Source: an uncultured bacterium
GTDB taxonomy: Bacteria > Patescibacteriota > Microgenomatia > UBA1400 > PJMF01
Direction of reading: 5' to 3'
NCBI GenBank assembly: GCA_903842795.1
Contig: CAIMNJ010000013.1
Span: 5,302-69,301, forward strand
DNA length: 64,000 bases
The notes beneath the pieces are model-generated. The model was not told the DNA's origin, searched no databases, and was given only the letters and a program-made list of their open reading frames with translations. Position 1 is the stretch's first letter; each line of letters opens with the position of its first letter. This document shows, one piece after another, positions 9,456-19,307 of the stretch. The position numbers and the translations under genes were made by a program.

Positions 9456-10666
9456 AAATTAGTGCAATTTTTAAACTAGCTTTAAAATCGATTTTGCTTA
9501 ATAAGAGCAGATCTTTTTTGACGATGCTTGGTGTGATTATTGGTGTTGGCTCAGTGGTGCTTCTAACTAGCATTGGTACTGGTTTGCAGGCTTATGTCAC
9601 CGATCAATTTGCTAGTCTTGGTACCAATATTCTTTATGTTGTGCCTGGAAATCCTTTTGGTGAAAAAGGTGGTTTTGGTGGGCAGCAATCAGTGATTGAA
9701 AGAACTAAGCCAGTTCTTAAAAGAAGATATTTCAATTCGGTCATTCGTAATAACAGAGATTTAATTAAAGATGGTGTTTTTACTACAGCCACCGTGACTG
9801 GTGCTAAATATGGCAAAATCACCAAAACAGTTACTCTTTATGGAGTAACGAGTTCTTATGAGAGTGTTTACAATACTCAAGCAAATAAAGGTCGTTGGTT
9901 TACTAGTTCTGAAGAAGAAAAATCTGAAAGAGTTGCTTTGCTTGGTCCAAAAATTGCTGAGGAACTATTTGGTCAAATTGATCCAGTTAATAAAACAATT
10001 CTACTTAATGGTCAAAGTTACACAATTCTTGGTGTTTTGAAGGAAAAAGGTGGTGGCTTTGGTGGTCCAAGTTTTGACAGTTACGTTTATTTGCCCGCTG
10101 AAACAATTTTCAAATATTTTGATACTGAATTTATTGACTCTTTTATTTTTGAAGTCAGAAATAAAGAACAAATCAAAGATGCTAAATTAGCAATCGAAAA
10201 AACCATCGGTAAAGAGCTTAAGGATGATGAATTTACCGTTTTTGATCAGACTCAATTGCTTTCTACGATTAATAGCATATTAGGCATGTTAACTGTTGGT
10301 CTTGGTGGTATTTCTGCCATTTCATTAGTTGTTGGTGGTATTGGCATTATGAATATTATGTTGGTTTCTGTTACTGAGCGCACCCGTGAGATTGGTTTGC
10401 GCAAAGCTCTTGGAGCCACACCAAATTTAATTTTGGCTCAGTTCCTAATTGAAGCTGCACTCTTATCAGTAATTGGTGGTTTGATTGGTTTGCTGATTGC
10501 TTATCTTGGTTCATTGGCTCTGCAGGCTTATTTCCCAGCCAAAGTGACCATTCAAGCAGTTATTTTGGCTTTTGGTGTGTCTACAATTGTTGGTTTAATA
10601 TTTGGAGTGGCTCCTGCTAAAAAAGCAGCCAAGCTTTCACCAATTGAAGCTTTGCGCTACGAATAA
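9452..10666 (+). CDS. MacB-like ABC transporter permease
   Basis: RSFLTMLGVIIGV, GGIGIMNIMLVSVTERTREIGLRKALGA, PIEALRYE. Confidence 0.95.
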   Translation: MKISAIFKLALKSILLNKSRSFLTMLGVIIGVGSVVLLTSIGTGLQAYVTDQFASLGTNILYVVPGNPFGEKGGFGGQQSVIERTKPVLKRRYFNSVIRNNRDLIKDGVFTTATVTGAKYGKITKTVTLYGVTSSYESVYNTQANKGRWFTSSEEEKSERVALLGPKIAEELFGQIDPVNKTILLNGQSYTILGVLKEKGGGFGGPSFDSYVYLPAETIFKYFDTEFIDSFIFEVRNKEQIKDAKLAIEKTIGKELKDDEFTVFDQTQLLSTINSILGMLTVGLGGISAISLVVGGIGIMNIMLVSVTERTREIGLRKALGATPNLILAQFLIEAALLSVIGGLIGLLIAYLGSLALQAYFPAKVTIQAVILAFGVSTIVGLIFGVAPAKKAAKLSPIEALRYE

Positions 10667-10688
10667 TTTCTCAAATTTGAAGTCTGAA

Positions 10689-11885
10689 TTATAAGTCTGC
10701 TTTGGCAGTTTTCTCATTTATTTGTCTAACAATAATCCAAGTAGCAAAGAAAATTAAACCTGCTACTGAAAAACTTGCACTGTGGTGAAAATGATTGGCA
10801 GCTCCAGCCAAAAGTGGGCCAATAATTTGTCCAAGAGCAAGGTAAGCCTGATTGATGCCGAGAATTCCTCCCTGATCTTCACCATGAGAATATTCAGAAA
10901 TCATGCTAGAAGTCATGATCGTTTGTGGTGCAAAAGTTATCATATATAATCCTGAGATGAAAATAAAAAGACTGGTTGACTGAGGTATGTTAAAACTAAG
11001 CATAACTATTGTAGTCAAAAAAGAAGAAATCATTAAAATTGTTTTTTTGCTTTTGAAAACTTTGAGTAAAAATTTAATGCCAACAGCTTGCATTAATACC
11101 ATCAATAAGCCAATTAAACTGTACATCACTCCAATGTCATCAGAATTTAATTTCAAAAAATCCACGCTAAATGCCTGAAATCCCATGGTGAACATATTGT
11201 GAGCCGTGCTGCTTAAAAAAACGATCATCAGCACATGACCGATAGTGGGGATTTTGAGGGCATGAGCAATTTTTTTAAATTGAAAGAGACCTTCTTGTTT
11301 AACGTGTTTTTTGTGACGTTCAGTATTTGTTTCTGGCAATAGGAATAAAGCCATAACAGCTGATATAGCAGCTAAAATAGCTCCAACATAAAAAGGAAAA
11401 GTTAAACTAACTTTGCTTAAAAATCCTCCCAAAGCTGGTCCAAGCAAAAATCCGACTCCAAAGACTGCTCCAATAATTCCAAAATATCTAGTTCTATGTT
11501 TTGGTTCTACTTGATCAGCAATGACTGCTTGTGCTACAGAGTTATTTCCCCCAGTAATGCCATCAATAATGCGAGCAATAATCAGCATTAAGGGATTTGT
11601 GGCAATGGCAAAAAGAATTAGTCCAACTGCTGTGCCAAACAAACTAGTGACTAAAAGTGGTTTGCGACCGTAGCGATCTGATAGACGACCAATGATTGGT
11701 GTAGAAAAAAATTGAAAAACTGAGTAAATGCTAAACATTAGACCCATCATGAATGAGCTCATGCCAAATTTTTCAGCGTATGGATAAAGCAAAGGGATGA
11801 TTAGGCCATAACTCAGCGCATTGACTAGCATCACCAAACTAAGAATTAACAGAGTTTTATTGTATTTTTTGAACTTTAAATTCAT
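10689..11885 (-). CDS. MFS transporter (TetA/DHA1-like)
   Basis: GRLSDRYGRKP motif A, ARIIDGITGGN, GFLLGPALGG motif C. Confidence 0.9.
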   Translation of the reverse strand: MNLKFKKYNKTLLILSLVMLVNALSYGLIIPLLYPYAEKFGMSSFMMGLMFSIYSVFQFFSTPIIGRLSDRYGRKPLLVTSLFGTAVGLILFAIATNPLMLIIARIIDGITGGNNSVAQAVIADQVEPKHRTRYFGIIGAVFGVGFLLGPALGGFLSKVSLTFPFYVGAILAAISAVMALFLLPETNTERHKKHVKQEGLFQFKKIAHALKIPTIGHVLMIVFLSSTAHNMFTMGFQAFSVDFLKLNSDDIGVMYSLIGLLMVLMQAVGIKFLLKVFKSKKTILMISSFLTTIVMLSFNIPQSTSLFIFISGLYMITFAPQTIMTSSMISEYSHGEDQGGILGINQAYLALGQIIGPLLAGAANHFHHSASFSVAGLIFFATWIIVRQINEKTAKADL

Positions 11886-11892
11886 AGCAAAC

Positions 11893-13149
11893 TTAGATAA
11901 TTTCTAAACTTTTGGCAATTTCACTAAAAGCTTGTACGAAATCGGCAATATCTTCTTTGGTGTGGGAAGCACAGAGCTGTACTCTAATTTCATCGCGACC
12001 TTTGGGAACAACAGGATAATTAATGTTGGTGACCAAAAAGCCTCTTTCATACATTTGCTTAGTTAAATCTCTAGTTTTGGTGGTGTCACCAATTAAAACT
12101 GCTTGAATTGGATGAATTGAATCTGCGGCGAATTTAAAACCTTTATCTTTTAGCTGAGTTTTGAGGTTAACAACGTTATTCGCTAATTTCTCCAGCATTT
12201 TTTTACCTTCTTCAGAATCAATCACGTCTAAAGAGGCGCCGGCAGCAGCAGCTGTTCCTGGTGAAATAGAGTTGGAGTAAATATAGGTAGCAGCAGATTC
12301 TCTCAAGTAATCAATTATAACTTGGTCGGCAACGACATATCCGCCATCGGCGCCAAAACCTTTGCCCAAAGTACCAACTAAAACATCGGCTTTGGCACCA
12401 GAGACTTCTTCGGTTCCACGACCAGTAGCGCCAAAGGCAGCTACTCCATGACAGTCGTCTACAATTAGCAAGACGCCTTCCTTGTATTTATTATCATATT
12501 GGTCGATAACGCTACGTAATGTTTTCAAATCTTGATATTCGCCAAGCATGCTAAATACTCCATCTGTGATGATGACTACTCTGTCAAACTTACCTGAATT
12601 TGAGCTGAGAACTTCAGCGAGTGAGTTACTGTCTAAATGCTTAAAAATAAGTTTAGCTTCGCTTTCCAAATTGGCCAAACGTACGCCATCAATAATGCTG
12701 CGGTGATTAAGTTCATCGGAGATTACTAAGGTATTGCCATTGACGAGAGAATCTTTATTCTGACCTTTGATTAAACTAAAAATCACTGCCAAATTAGTGG
12801 CAAAGGCAGAAGAAAAAACCATCGCGTCATCGCGACCATGAAAGGCAGCAAGTTTTTTTTCTAATTGGCGATGTATCGCAAAAGAACCAGAAATAAAACG
12901 GACAGCACCTGGTCCAGTACCAAGTTTGGAAGAAGCTTTATGTTCAGCTTCTTTAAGTGTATTATGGTGGCGTAAGCCAAGATAATCATTGGAATTGAAG
13001 ATGCTAATTTCTCGACCTTCAATAATAGCTTTTGGAGCTTCGTCCTGATTAAAATCTTCAATCAAATGCTCAAATCTTTTTGAAATTGCAGCCTCATCTA
13101 TGCGAGCAATTTCATTTTTTAGGGAATCAAAAAATTGTGTTTTAGACAT
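11893..13149 (-). CDS. kbl: 2-amino-3-ketobutyrate CoA ligase (PLP class II)
   Basis: FNSNDYLGL, GAVRFISG, SDELNHRSIIDG, TDGVFSM, DDCH, GTLGK, YPVVPKG..EIRVQ; overlaps the threonine dehydrogenase gene. Confidence 0.85.
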   Translation of the reverse strand: MSKTQFFDSLKNEIARIDEAAISKRFEHLIEDFNQDEAPKAIIEGREISIFNSNDYLGLRHHNTLKEAEHKASSKLGTGPGAVRFISGSFAIHRQLEKKLAAFHGRDDAMVFSSAFATNLAVIFSLIKGQNKDSLVNGNTLVISDELNHRSIIDGVRLANLESEAKLIFKHLDSNSLAEVLSSNSGKFDRVVIITDGVFSMLGEYQDLKTLRSVIDQYDNKYKEGVLLIVDDCHGVAAFGATGRGTEEVSGAKADVLVGTLGKGFGADGGYVVADQVIIDYLRESAATYIYSNSISPGTAAAAGASLDVIDSEEGKKMLEKLANNVVNLKTQLKDKGFKFAADSIHPIQAVLIGDTTKTRDLTKQMYERGFLVTNINYPVVPKGRDEIRVQLCASHTKEDIADFVQAFSEIAKSLEII

Positions 13150-14086
13150 GGTTCAACCTTTCCTTAACTCCATTATAAAGAGCGAGAGTCATTTTATTTA
13201 AGTTAAATTCTTCTTGCCAGCCCCAATCAGCACGAGCTTGAGAATCATCGATTGTTTGTGGCCAACTTTCAGCGATTTGTTGGCGATTGTCTGGCTTGTA
13301 AGTGACTTGAAAATCTGGAGCAATTTTTTTGATTTCTGCTACTAATTCTGCTGGGGTGAAGCTGATAGCAGAAAAATTATAACTAGTGCGCACAGAGATT
13401 TTTTCACTAGGGGCTTCCATGAGTGCAATAGTGCCTTTGATAGCATCGTCCATGTACATCATTGGTAGGCGAGCGTCTTCTTTGAGAAAACATTCATAGC
13501 TATTGTTTTGAATTAAGCCATAAAAAATATGAATAGCATATTCAGTTGTCCCATCTCCAGGAGCAGCTTTGTAACCATTTAGTCCAGGATAACGCAAGCT
13601 ACGTACATCAACGCCATAGCGCTTGAAATAATATTGGCAGAGCAATTCACCAGTAACTTTACTAACCCCATAAATAGTGCTTGGTTCCAAGCTGGTGTGT
13701 TGTGGTACATTTTCTTTAGGAGTGGTTGGGCCAAAAGCTGCAATTGAGCTTGGCCAAAAAACCTTGATTTTATTTTCTTTGGCTATATCCAAGATATTTT
13801 TAAGACCATTAACATTGACATCCCAAGCCAAGTCTGGTTGTTTTTCACCACCGACAGAAAGCAATCCAGCAAGGTGGTAAATCTCGCCAATATCATATTT
13901 TCTCACCAACATCTCCATGGCTGCTTTATCTCGCACATCACCTTGTTCTAAAATTCCTTGAAAATTGTCATTAATGGTGGAGCGACCAAGAGCAATTACA
14001 TTTTCTTGTCCATATTTTTTTTGTAGTTCCAAGACCAAATCACTACCAACTAAACCAAAAGCACCAGTTACCAAGATTCTTTTCAT
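13142..14086 (-). CDS. tdh: L-threonine 3-dehydrogenase, SDR/GalE-like type
   Basis: TGAFGLVG, YHLAGLLS.GGE, PSSIAAFG, YGVSK, RYPG, GTTEYA, LPMMYMDD, IAESWP; operon with kbl. Confidence 0.88.
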   Translation of the reverse strand: MKRILVTGAFGLVGSDLVLELQKKYGQENVIALGRSTINDNFQGILEQGDVRDKAAMEMLVRKYDIGEIYHLAGLLSVGGEKQPDLAWDVNVNGLKNILDIAKENKIKVFWPSSIAAFGPTTPKENVPQHTSLEPSTIYGVSKVTGELLCQYYFKRYGVDVRSLRYPGLNGYKAAPGDGTTEYAIHIFYGLIQNNSYECFLKEDARLPMMYMDDAIKGTIALMEAPSEKISVRTSYNFSAISFTPAELVAEIKKIAPDFQVTYKPDNRQQIAESWPQTIDDSQARADWGWQEEFNLNKMTLALYNGVKERLNHV

Positions 14087-14161
14087 AAAAATCTCCTTTG
14101 AATATTTTTAATGCTATTAATATGAACAATATATTAGTCGCGATTGTAACTACAATTCATG

Positions 14162-14257
14162 CGCTAGATTTAGAGCTCGCCGTCGCCCTTTTCGAGGACT
14201 AGGCGGGTCCATCGTGCTTCGCTCGATTTGGAGCTCGCCGTCGGAGAGACAGGACTC
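14162..14257. repeat. tRNA-linked direct repeats including an exact copy of the tRNA-Pro 3' end
   Basis: gtcggagagacaggactc at 14240-14257 equals 14372-14389; 24-mer at 14162-14185 matches 14220-14243 at 22/24. Confidence 0.85.
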
Positions 14258-14372
14258 CACCTTTCAGGTACTAACCAGGAGCTGTGCTCTTGGTGGCGGA
14301 ACCTGTAATTCAGGTTTTCGTCCATATCATCCCTACTTTGCAAACAGTGGCTTCTAACCACTGTTTTCAAAG

Positions 14373-14446
14373 TCGGAGAGACAGGACTCGAACCTGCGAC
14401 CTTACGCACCCCATGCGTACGTTCTAGCCATCTGAACTACTCTCCG
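14373..14446 (-). tRNA. tRNA-Pro(GGG), no encoded CCA
   Basis: CGGAGAG acceptor stem, anticodon arm TACGC-AT-GGG-GT-GCGTA, GGTTCGAGTCC T-arm. Confidence 0.93.
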
Positions 14447-14691
14447 TTATGGTTTAAATTTTACCTCAAATTTTGGCGAATACTACTAACGCTACACTTG
14501 TTGCAGTCTAGATGATAAATAATGATTTTTATTAATAAATCCAAAGAAAAACCAAAAAAGCGAAGAAAAGGCAAAAACTGCTAGTTAACAAACTTTAAAA
14601 AATAGCTTACAAAAGAATAACAACAATTAAATTAAAGAAAGGAGCGGACAAATTTTTTAATCATCTGATTAAAAAATGAGTCACGAATGAT

Positions 14692-15723
14692 ATGTCTAAG
14701 AAAAAAATGGATGAAGGTTTAGAGCAAGTTCCAGATTCTAGCAAGAGACAAGCTGTTGAAATTGCCATGCAGCAGATTGAAAAGCAATTCGGAAAAGGTT
14801 CAATTATGAAGCTTGGCGAATCACTCAAAAACATGCCAAAAGTTCCAGTGATTTCTACTGGCTCATTGTCTTTAAATATGGCTTTAGGAGTGGGAGGCTA
14901 TCCAAAAGGTAGAATTATTGAAATTTATGGTCCAGAAGCTTCTGGTAAAACCACTCTTTGTTTACATGCTATTGCTGAAGTGCAGAAGAATGGTGGTGTA
15001 GCTGCTTTTATCGATGTAGAGCACGCTCTTGATCCTGTAAGAGCTGAAAAAATTGGAGTTAATTTAGAAGATGTACTTATTTCTCAACCAGATTATGGTG
15101 AACAGGCTTTAGAAATTGCTGAAACACTGGTTCGTTCTGGAGGTATTGATTTAGTAATTGTTGATTCAGTAGCTGCTTTGGTGCCCAAATCAGAAATAGA
15201 GGGTGACATGGGTGATCATCAAATGGGTACTCAAGCTCGTTTAATGTCACAAGCAATGCGTAAGTTGACCGCTGCTTTAAACAAAACCAAAACCACCATT
15301 ATTTTTACCAACCAAATTCGTATGAAAATCGGTGTGATGTTTGGCAGTCCAGAAACCACTACAGGTGGCAATGCTTTAAAGTTCTATGCTTCCATTCGTT
15401 TAGATGTACGTAAAATTGCCAATATTCAGGAAGGTGAAAAGGTTATTGGTAGTCGTCATCGTGTCAAAGTCAAGAAAAATAAAGTAGCTCCACCTTTCCA
15501 TCAAGCTGAATTTGATATGGATATTAACGGTATTTCCAGAGAAGGAGATGTGGTTGATATTGGTGCAGAAAAAGGTGTGATTGAAAAATCTGGTAGTTTT
15601 TTCAAATATAACGGTGAAGTGATTGCTCAGGGTCGTGAAGCTGTCAAAGACAGATTTAAAGAAGATAAAAAATTAATGAAAGATATTGAACAAGCTATCT
15701 GGAAGAAGATCCAGGAAGAGTAA
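14692..15723 (+). CDS. recA: Recombinase RecA
   Basis: [58 protein letters not shown]. Confidence 0.99.
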   Translation: MSKKKMDEGLEQVPDSSKRQAVEIAMQQIEKQFGKGSIMKLGESLKNMPKVPVISTGSLSLNMALGVGGYPKGRIIEIYGPEASGKTTLCLHAIAEVQKNGGVAAFIDVEHALDPVRAEKIGVNLEDVLISQPDYGEQALEIAETLVRSGGIDLVIVDSVAALVPKSEIEGDMGDHQMGTQARLMSQAMRKLTAALNKTKTTIIFTNQIRMKIGVMFGSPETTTGGNALKFYASIRLDVRKIANIQEGEKVIGSRHRVKVKKNKVAPPFHQAEFDMDINGISREGDVVDIGAEKGVIEKSGSFFKYNGEVIAQGREAVKDRFKEDKKLMKDIEQAIWKKIQEE

Positions 15724-15977
15724 TTTTTTAAACTTACTTTCTTTGACTTTTTGCTTATTTTTTAATATAATCATGACTAGTATTTGTTAAAATTTATTAT
15801 TTAGTAGAATAAGCTAATCGCTTTAGAATCAGATTGAGTATATTTTTTTGGAATCCTAAACCTATTATCAGTATGCAAATTTTTTGCCTGACACCCATAA
15901 AATAATCTCTTACTCCATATCTTTTGGAGCTTTTTCTAAAACATTTTTTGGCCTTTTCTACTTAACGGAAGGTAGTT

Positions 15978-17600
15978 ATGTCGTTTTTTAGTAATTTATC
16001 AACGCTGTTTTCAGCAGAAGATGAAGCCAAGAAAAAAGCAAAAGTTCAACAAGCTAAGCCAGGTTTTCTTAAACCAGCTAATCATCAAGCTAAACCAGTT
16101 GTTGCTGCTAAGCCAGTCAAACAAACTCCACCATCTCCAGCTCAGGTGGCAAGTGCCAACTCTTTATTAGATAAAGCTAGAGCTGAAGCTGATTCTTTAG
16201 TTCGTGATGCCAGATCCAAGGCAAGAGAAATTATTGTTGAGGCGAAGGATGAATCTCTTGAAATTCGTTCCAAAATTGAGAAAGAAACTCGTCGCATCGA
16301 ACAAGAAATGGCTATTCAGCAAAGAGATTTGCAAAGCAAATTAGATAAGTTGGATTATCGTTTTGAGCAAATCGATCAAAAAGAACAAAGAATTGATCAG
16401 CTCAAAAAAGATCTTGAAAACCAAAAACTTGATTTGGATAAATCTAGAGCCAAAACTTTGGAAAAATTAGAAGAAATCTCTGGTTATTCCAAAGACAAAG
16501 CTAAAGAAGTTCTTTTTGAAGGTCTTGAGAAAAAACTCAGTCATGATTTAGCCAAAATGGTTGCTCAAAAAGAAGAGGAAGCCAAATTGGAGGCAGATGA
16601 GAAGGCTCAGGAAATTTTGATTGATGCCATGCGTCATGGTGCCACTGATTATGTCGCCGAATACACAATTTCTGTAGTAAATATTCCATCAGAAGAAATT
16701 AAAGGCAAAATTATTGGTAAGAGTGGCCGTAATATTCATACTTTTGAGCGTCGTACTGGAGTGGAAATCGATCTCGATTCTTCACCAACTGAAATCAAAC
16801 TTTCTAGTTTTGATCCGGTTCGTCGTGAAATTGCTCGTGTTTCCATGGAACGTCTGATCAAAGATGGTCGTATCCAACCAGCCAGAATTGAAGAAATTGT
16901 GGACAAGGTTGAGCAAGAAATTGAAAGAATCACTTTTGATGCTGGTAAAAAACTCATGCATGAAGTCGGTGTCTACAATATTCCAAATGGATTGGTTTCT
17001 ATGCTTGGCCGTTTTAAATATCGTTTCTCCTATGGTCAAAACATGATTAAACACACCATCGAAGAAACCAAAATGGGCACCATTATTGCTCATGAATTAG
17101 GTTTAGATGCCAATGTGGTTAAACTTGGATGCTTATTGCATGATATCGGCAAAATCTCTGGCAATCATGATGAAAGTCATGTCCAGGCTGGTGTACGTAT
17201 TGCCAAACAGTACAATATGCCACAAGAGGTCATTGACTGTATTGCTCAGCACCATGAAGATGAGCCTTTCTCAAGTCCAGAATCTATGGCTGTTTACATT
17301 GCTGATGCCATTTCAGGTGCTAGACCAGGTGCTCGTTACGAAAATCATGAAGATTACATCAAGAGATTGTCTGCTCTAGAAGCCATCGCTATGTCTTATG
17401 AAGAGGTTAAGCAGGCTTATGCTATTCAAGCTGGCCGTGAGCTTAGAGTGCTTTTGATTCCAGAAAAAAGCAAAGATGATGATGTAACTGTCTTAGCCAA
17501 TAAGATTCGTGATCGCGTCCAAAAAGAAGTGATTGTGCCAGGTAATGTTACCGTAACAGTCATTCGTGAATATCGCGAACAAGCAGTTACCAAAGCCTAA
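15978..17600 (+). CDS. rny: Ribonuclease Y
   Basis: Coiled coil, KH motif KGKIIGKSGRNI, HD motif LLHDIGK, ADAISGARPGAR, YAIQAGRELRV; recA-rny synteny. Confidence 0.97.
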   Translation: MSFFSNLSTLFSAEDEAKKKAKVQQAKPGFLKPANHQAKPVVAAKPVKQTPPSPAQVASANSLLDKARAEADSLVRDARSKAREIIVEAKDESLEIRSKIEKETRRIEQEMAIQQRDLQSKLDKLDYRFEQIDQKEQRIDQLKKDLENQKLDLDKSRAKTLEKLEEISGYSKDKAKEVLFEGLEKKLSHDLAKMVAQKEEEAKLEADEKAQEILIDAMRHGATDYVAEYTISVVNIPSEEIKGKIIGKSGRNIHTFERRTGVEIDLDSSPTEIKLSSFDPVRREIARVSMERLIKDGRIQPARIEEIVDKVEQEIERITFDAGKKLMHEVGVYNIPNGLVSMLGRFKYRFSYGQNMIKHTIEETKMGTIIAHELGLDANVVKLGCLLHDIGKISGNHDESHVQAGVRIAKQYNMPQEVIDCIAQHHEDEPFSSPESMAVYIADAISGARPGARYENHEDYIKRLSALEAIAMSYEEVKQAYAIQAGRELRVLLIPEKSKDDDVTVLANKIRDRVQKEVIVPGNVTVTVIREYREQAVTKA

Positions 17601-17627
17601 ATGATAGGCTAGAATTAGGAATAGAAT

Positions 17628-17843
17628 ATGAGTAATTTTTTATTAGCAGCTCAACTATTTGTTTCTCTGATTTTAATTGCTTTAGTTCTTTTGCAGCCAG
17701 GTACTGATGGAGGCACTGGTCTTTTTGGTGGTTCTGGTGAAACTTATCACACTAGAAAAGGCGTTGAGAAGCTATTGTATTATCTTACAATTTTTTTCTT
17801 AGTGCTTTTTATGGCTAGTTCTATTGCTCTTTTATTAATTTAA
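17628..17843 (+). CDS. secG: Preprotein translocase subunit SecG
   Basis: LVLLQ..G....FGG....YHTRKGVEKLL between two TM helices. Confidence 0.9.
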   Translation: MSNFLLAAQLFVSLILIALVLLQPGTDGGTGLFGGSGETYHTRKGVEKLLYYLTIFFLVLFMASSIALLLI

Positions 17844-17848
17844 AGACA

Positions 17849-19249
17849 ATGCGTAAGTTATATTGGTATATCAGCAGCTACGTGCGCAAACATGGTTTGG
17901 TTTTCCTTTTGTCGATCATGGTTGCTTTATTGTTTTTTTCTTTTTTATTACCTCTAATCAATAAAAAAATGGCTTTCAAAAAGAGTACCTATATTGCTAT
18001 TGTTGGTCAATACACTTTAACTGATCTTCCCAAACCAATTAAGAATCAATTGAGTGCTGGCTTAACCAAAATAGGCGCCAACTTGGAAGCTGAACCCTTA
18101 CTAGCTGAACGTTGGGTGGTTGAAGACGATGGCAAGCAATATCGCTTTGTTTTGAAAAAATATGTTAAGTGGCAAGATGGTAAAACCCTAAAGCCAGAAG
18201 ATATTAACTATAATTTTTCTGATGTTCAAACAATCAGCACTCCCAATGAGGTAATTTTTACTCTCCCAGAACCCTTCACTCCATTCACGGTTTCTGTATC
18301 TGAGCCAATTTTGCGCATGGAATGGGAAAAAAAGTTTTTCACTGAAGACAAAGCCAAATTAATTGGTATTGGACAGTATAAAATGCTTGATTACAGGCTC
18401 AGAGGAAATAATTTAGCTGAATTCAAGATTGATGGTCCTGATGCTCGTTACATTTATCGTTTTTACTTAACTGAAAATGAAGCAGTTAATGCTTTCAAAA
18501 AGGGTGAAGTTGATGTGCTGCTTAATATTTCAGGTTGCTATGATTTGTGCGATTGGAAAAAGTTAGAACAAGCTAAAGAACTGTCCTATGATCGTTATTT
18601 AGCAGTTTTTTTTAATAATTCTGACCCTCTTTTAACCAAAAATATTCGCCAAGGACTTTCTTATGTTTTAGAGAAAAATTATGGCAAGGCTAGAGCAATT
18701 GGGCCAATTAATCCAAATTCTTGGGCTTATTTGCAAGGTGGTAAAGACTACGCAAAAGATTTTGATCGTGCTATTGAGCGTTTAACTAGCGAATTACCAA
18801 GAAATCCTTTGCATTTTGAATTGACGACTAGTTCTAATTTTGCTGATGAAGCTGAAAGTATCAAAAAAGAATGGGAAGCTTTTGGTCCAATAGCAGTAGA
18901 AAAATGTCAGGCCAATAAGGACATTAAAGACAAGAATCTTTGTAAAAATTTAGATATCAAAATAAATATTAAAATCAGTAACTTTCCTGATTTAGCCAAT
19001 TATCAATTATTATTAATTGGCCAAGAGTCTTCTATTGATCCAGATCAATACTTTATGTGGCACTCTTCTCAACCGATCAACTTTACTCACTATAAAAATA
19101 CTAGAATTGACAGCTTGCTTGAAAATGGTCGCAAAACTTTGGATTTAGAAAAACGTCGCACCATTTATCAAGAGTTCCAACAATTTTTATTAGAAGATCC
19201 TCCAGCAGTTTTCTTGCGTTATTTAGATAATTATTCAATTGCCAGATAA
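17849..19249 (+). CDS. ABC transporter substrate-binding protein, family 5
   Basis: PLLAERW, KWQDGK...EDI, IGIGQY, NFTHYKN..ID.LLE.GR, Y.EFQ.....DPPAVFL. Confidence 0.88.
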   Translation: MRKLYWYISSYVRKHGLVFLLSIMVALLFFSFLLPLINKKMAFKKSTYIAIVGQYTLTDLPKPIKNQLSAGLTKIGANLEAEPLLAERWVVEDDGKQYRFVLKKYVKWQDGKTLKPEDINYNFSDVQTISTPNEVIFTLPEPFTPFTVSVSEPILRMEWEKKFFTEDKAKLIGIGQYKMLDYRLRGNNLAEFKIDGPDARYIYRFYLTENEAVNAFKKGEVDVLLNISGCYDLCDWKKLEQAKELSYDRYLAVFFNNSDPLLTKNIRQGLSYVLEKNYGKARAIGPINPNSWAYLQGGKDYAKDFDRAIERLTSELPRNPLHFELTTSSNFADEAESIKKEWEAFGPIAVEKCQANKDIKDKNLCKNLDIKINIKISNFPDLANYQLLLIGQESSIDPDQYFMWHSSQPINFTHYKNTRIDSLLENGRKTLDLEKRRTIYQEFQQFLLEDPPAVFLRYLDNYSIAR

Positions 19250-19307
19250 TAAGCATTTTTCAACTCATCACGCTTTATGTAACTTTGCTTTGTAACAATT
19301 AGAAGTA

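Noticed and set aside
14162-14243. CRISPR mini-array (24-bp repeat, 34-bp spacer)
   Set aside because: Only two imperfect copies, overlapping a tRNA 3'-end duplicate, and no cas genes; better explained as tRNA-linked repeats.
14170-14409. 79-aa minus-strand ORF
   Set aside because: Overlaps tRNA-Pro and the repeat block; no start signals.
14450-14691. LexA/SOS box upstream of recA
   Set aside because: No recognisable GAAC-N4-GTTC or CTGT-N8-ACAG palindrome.
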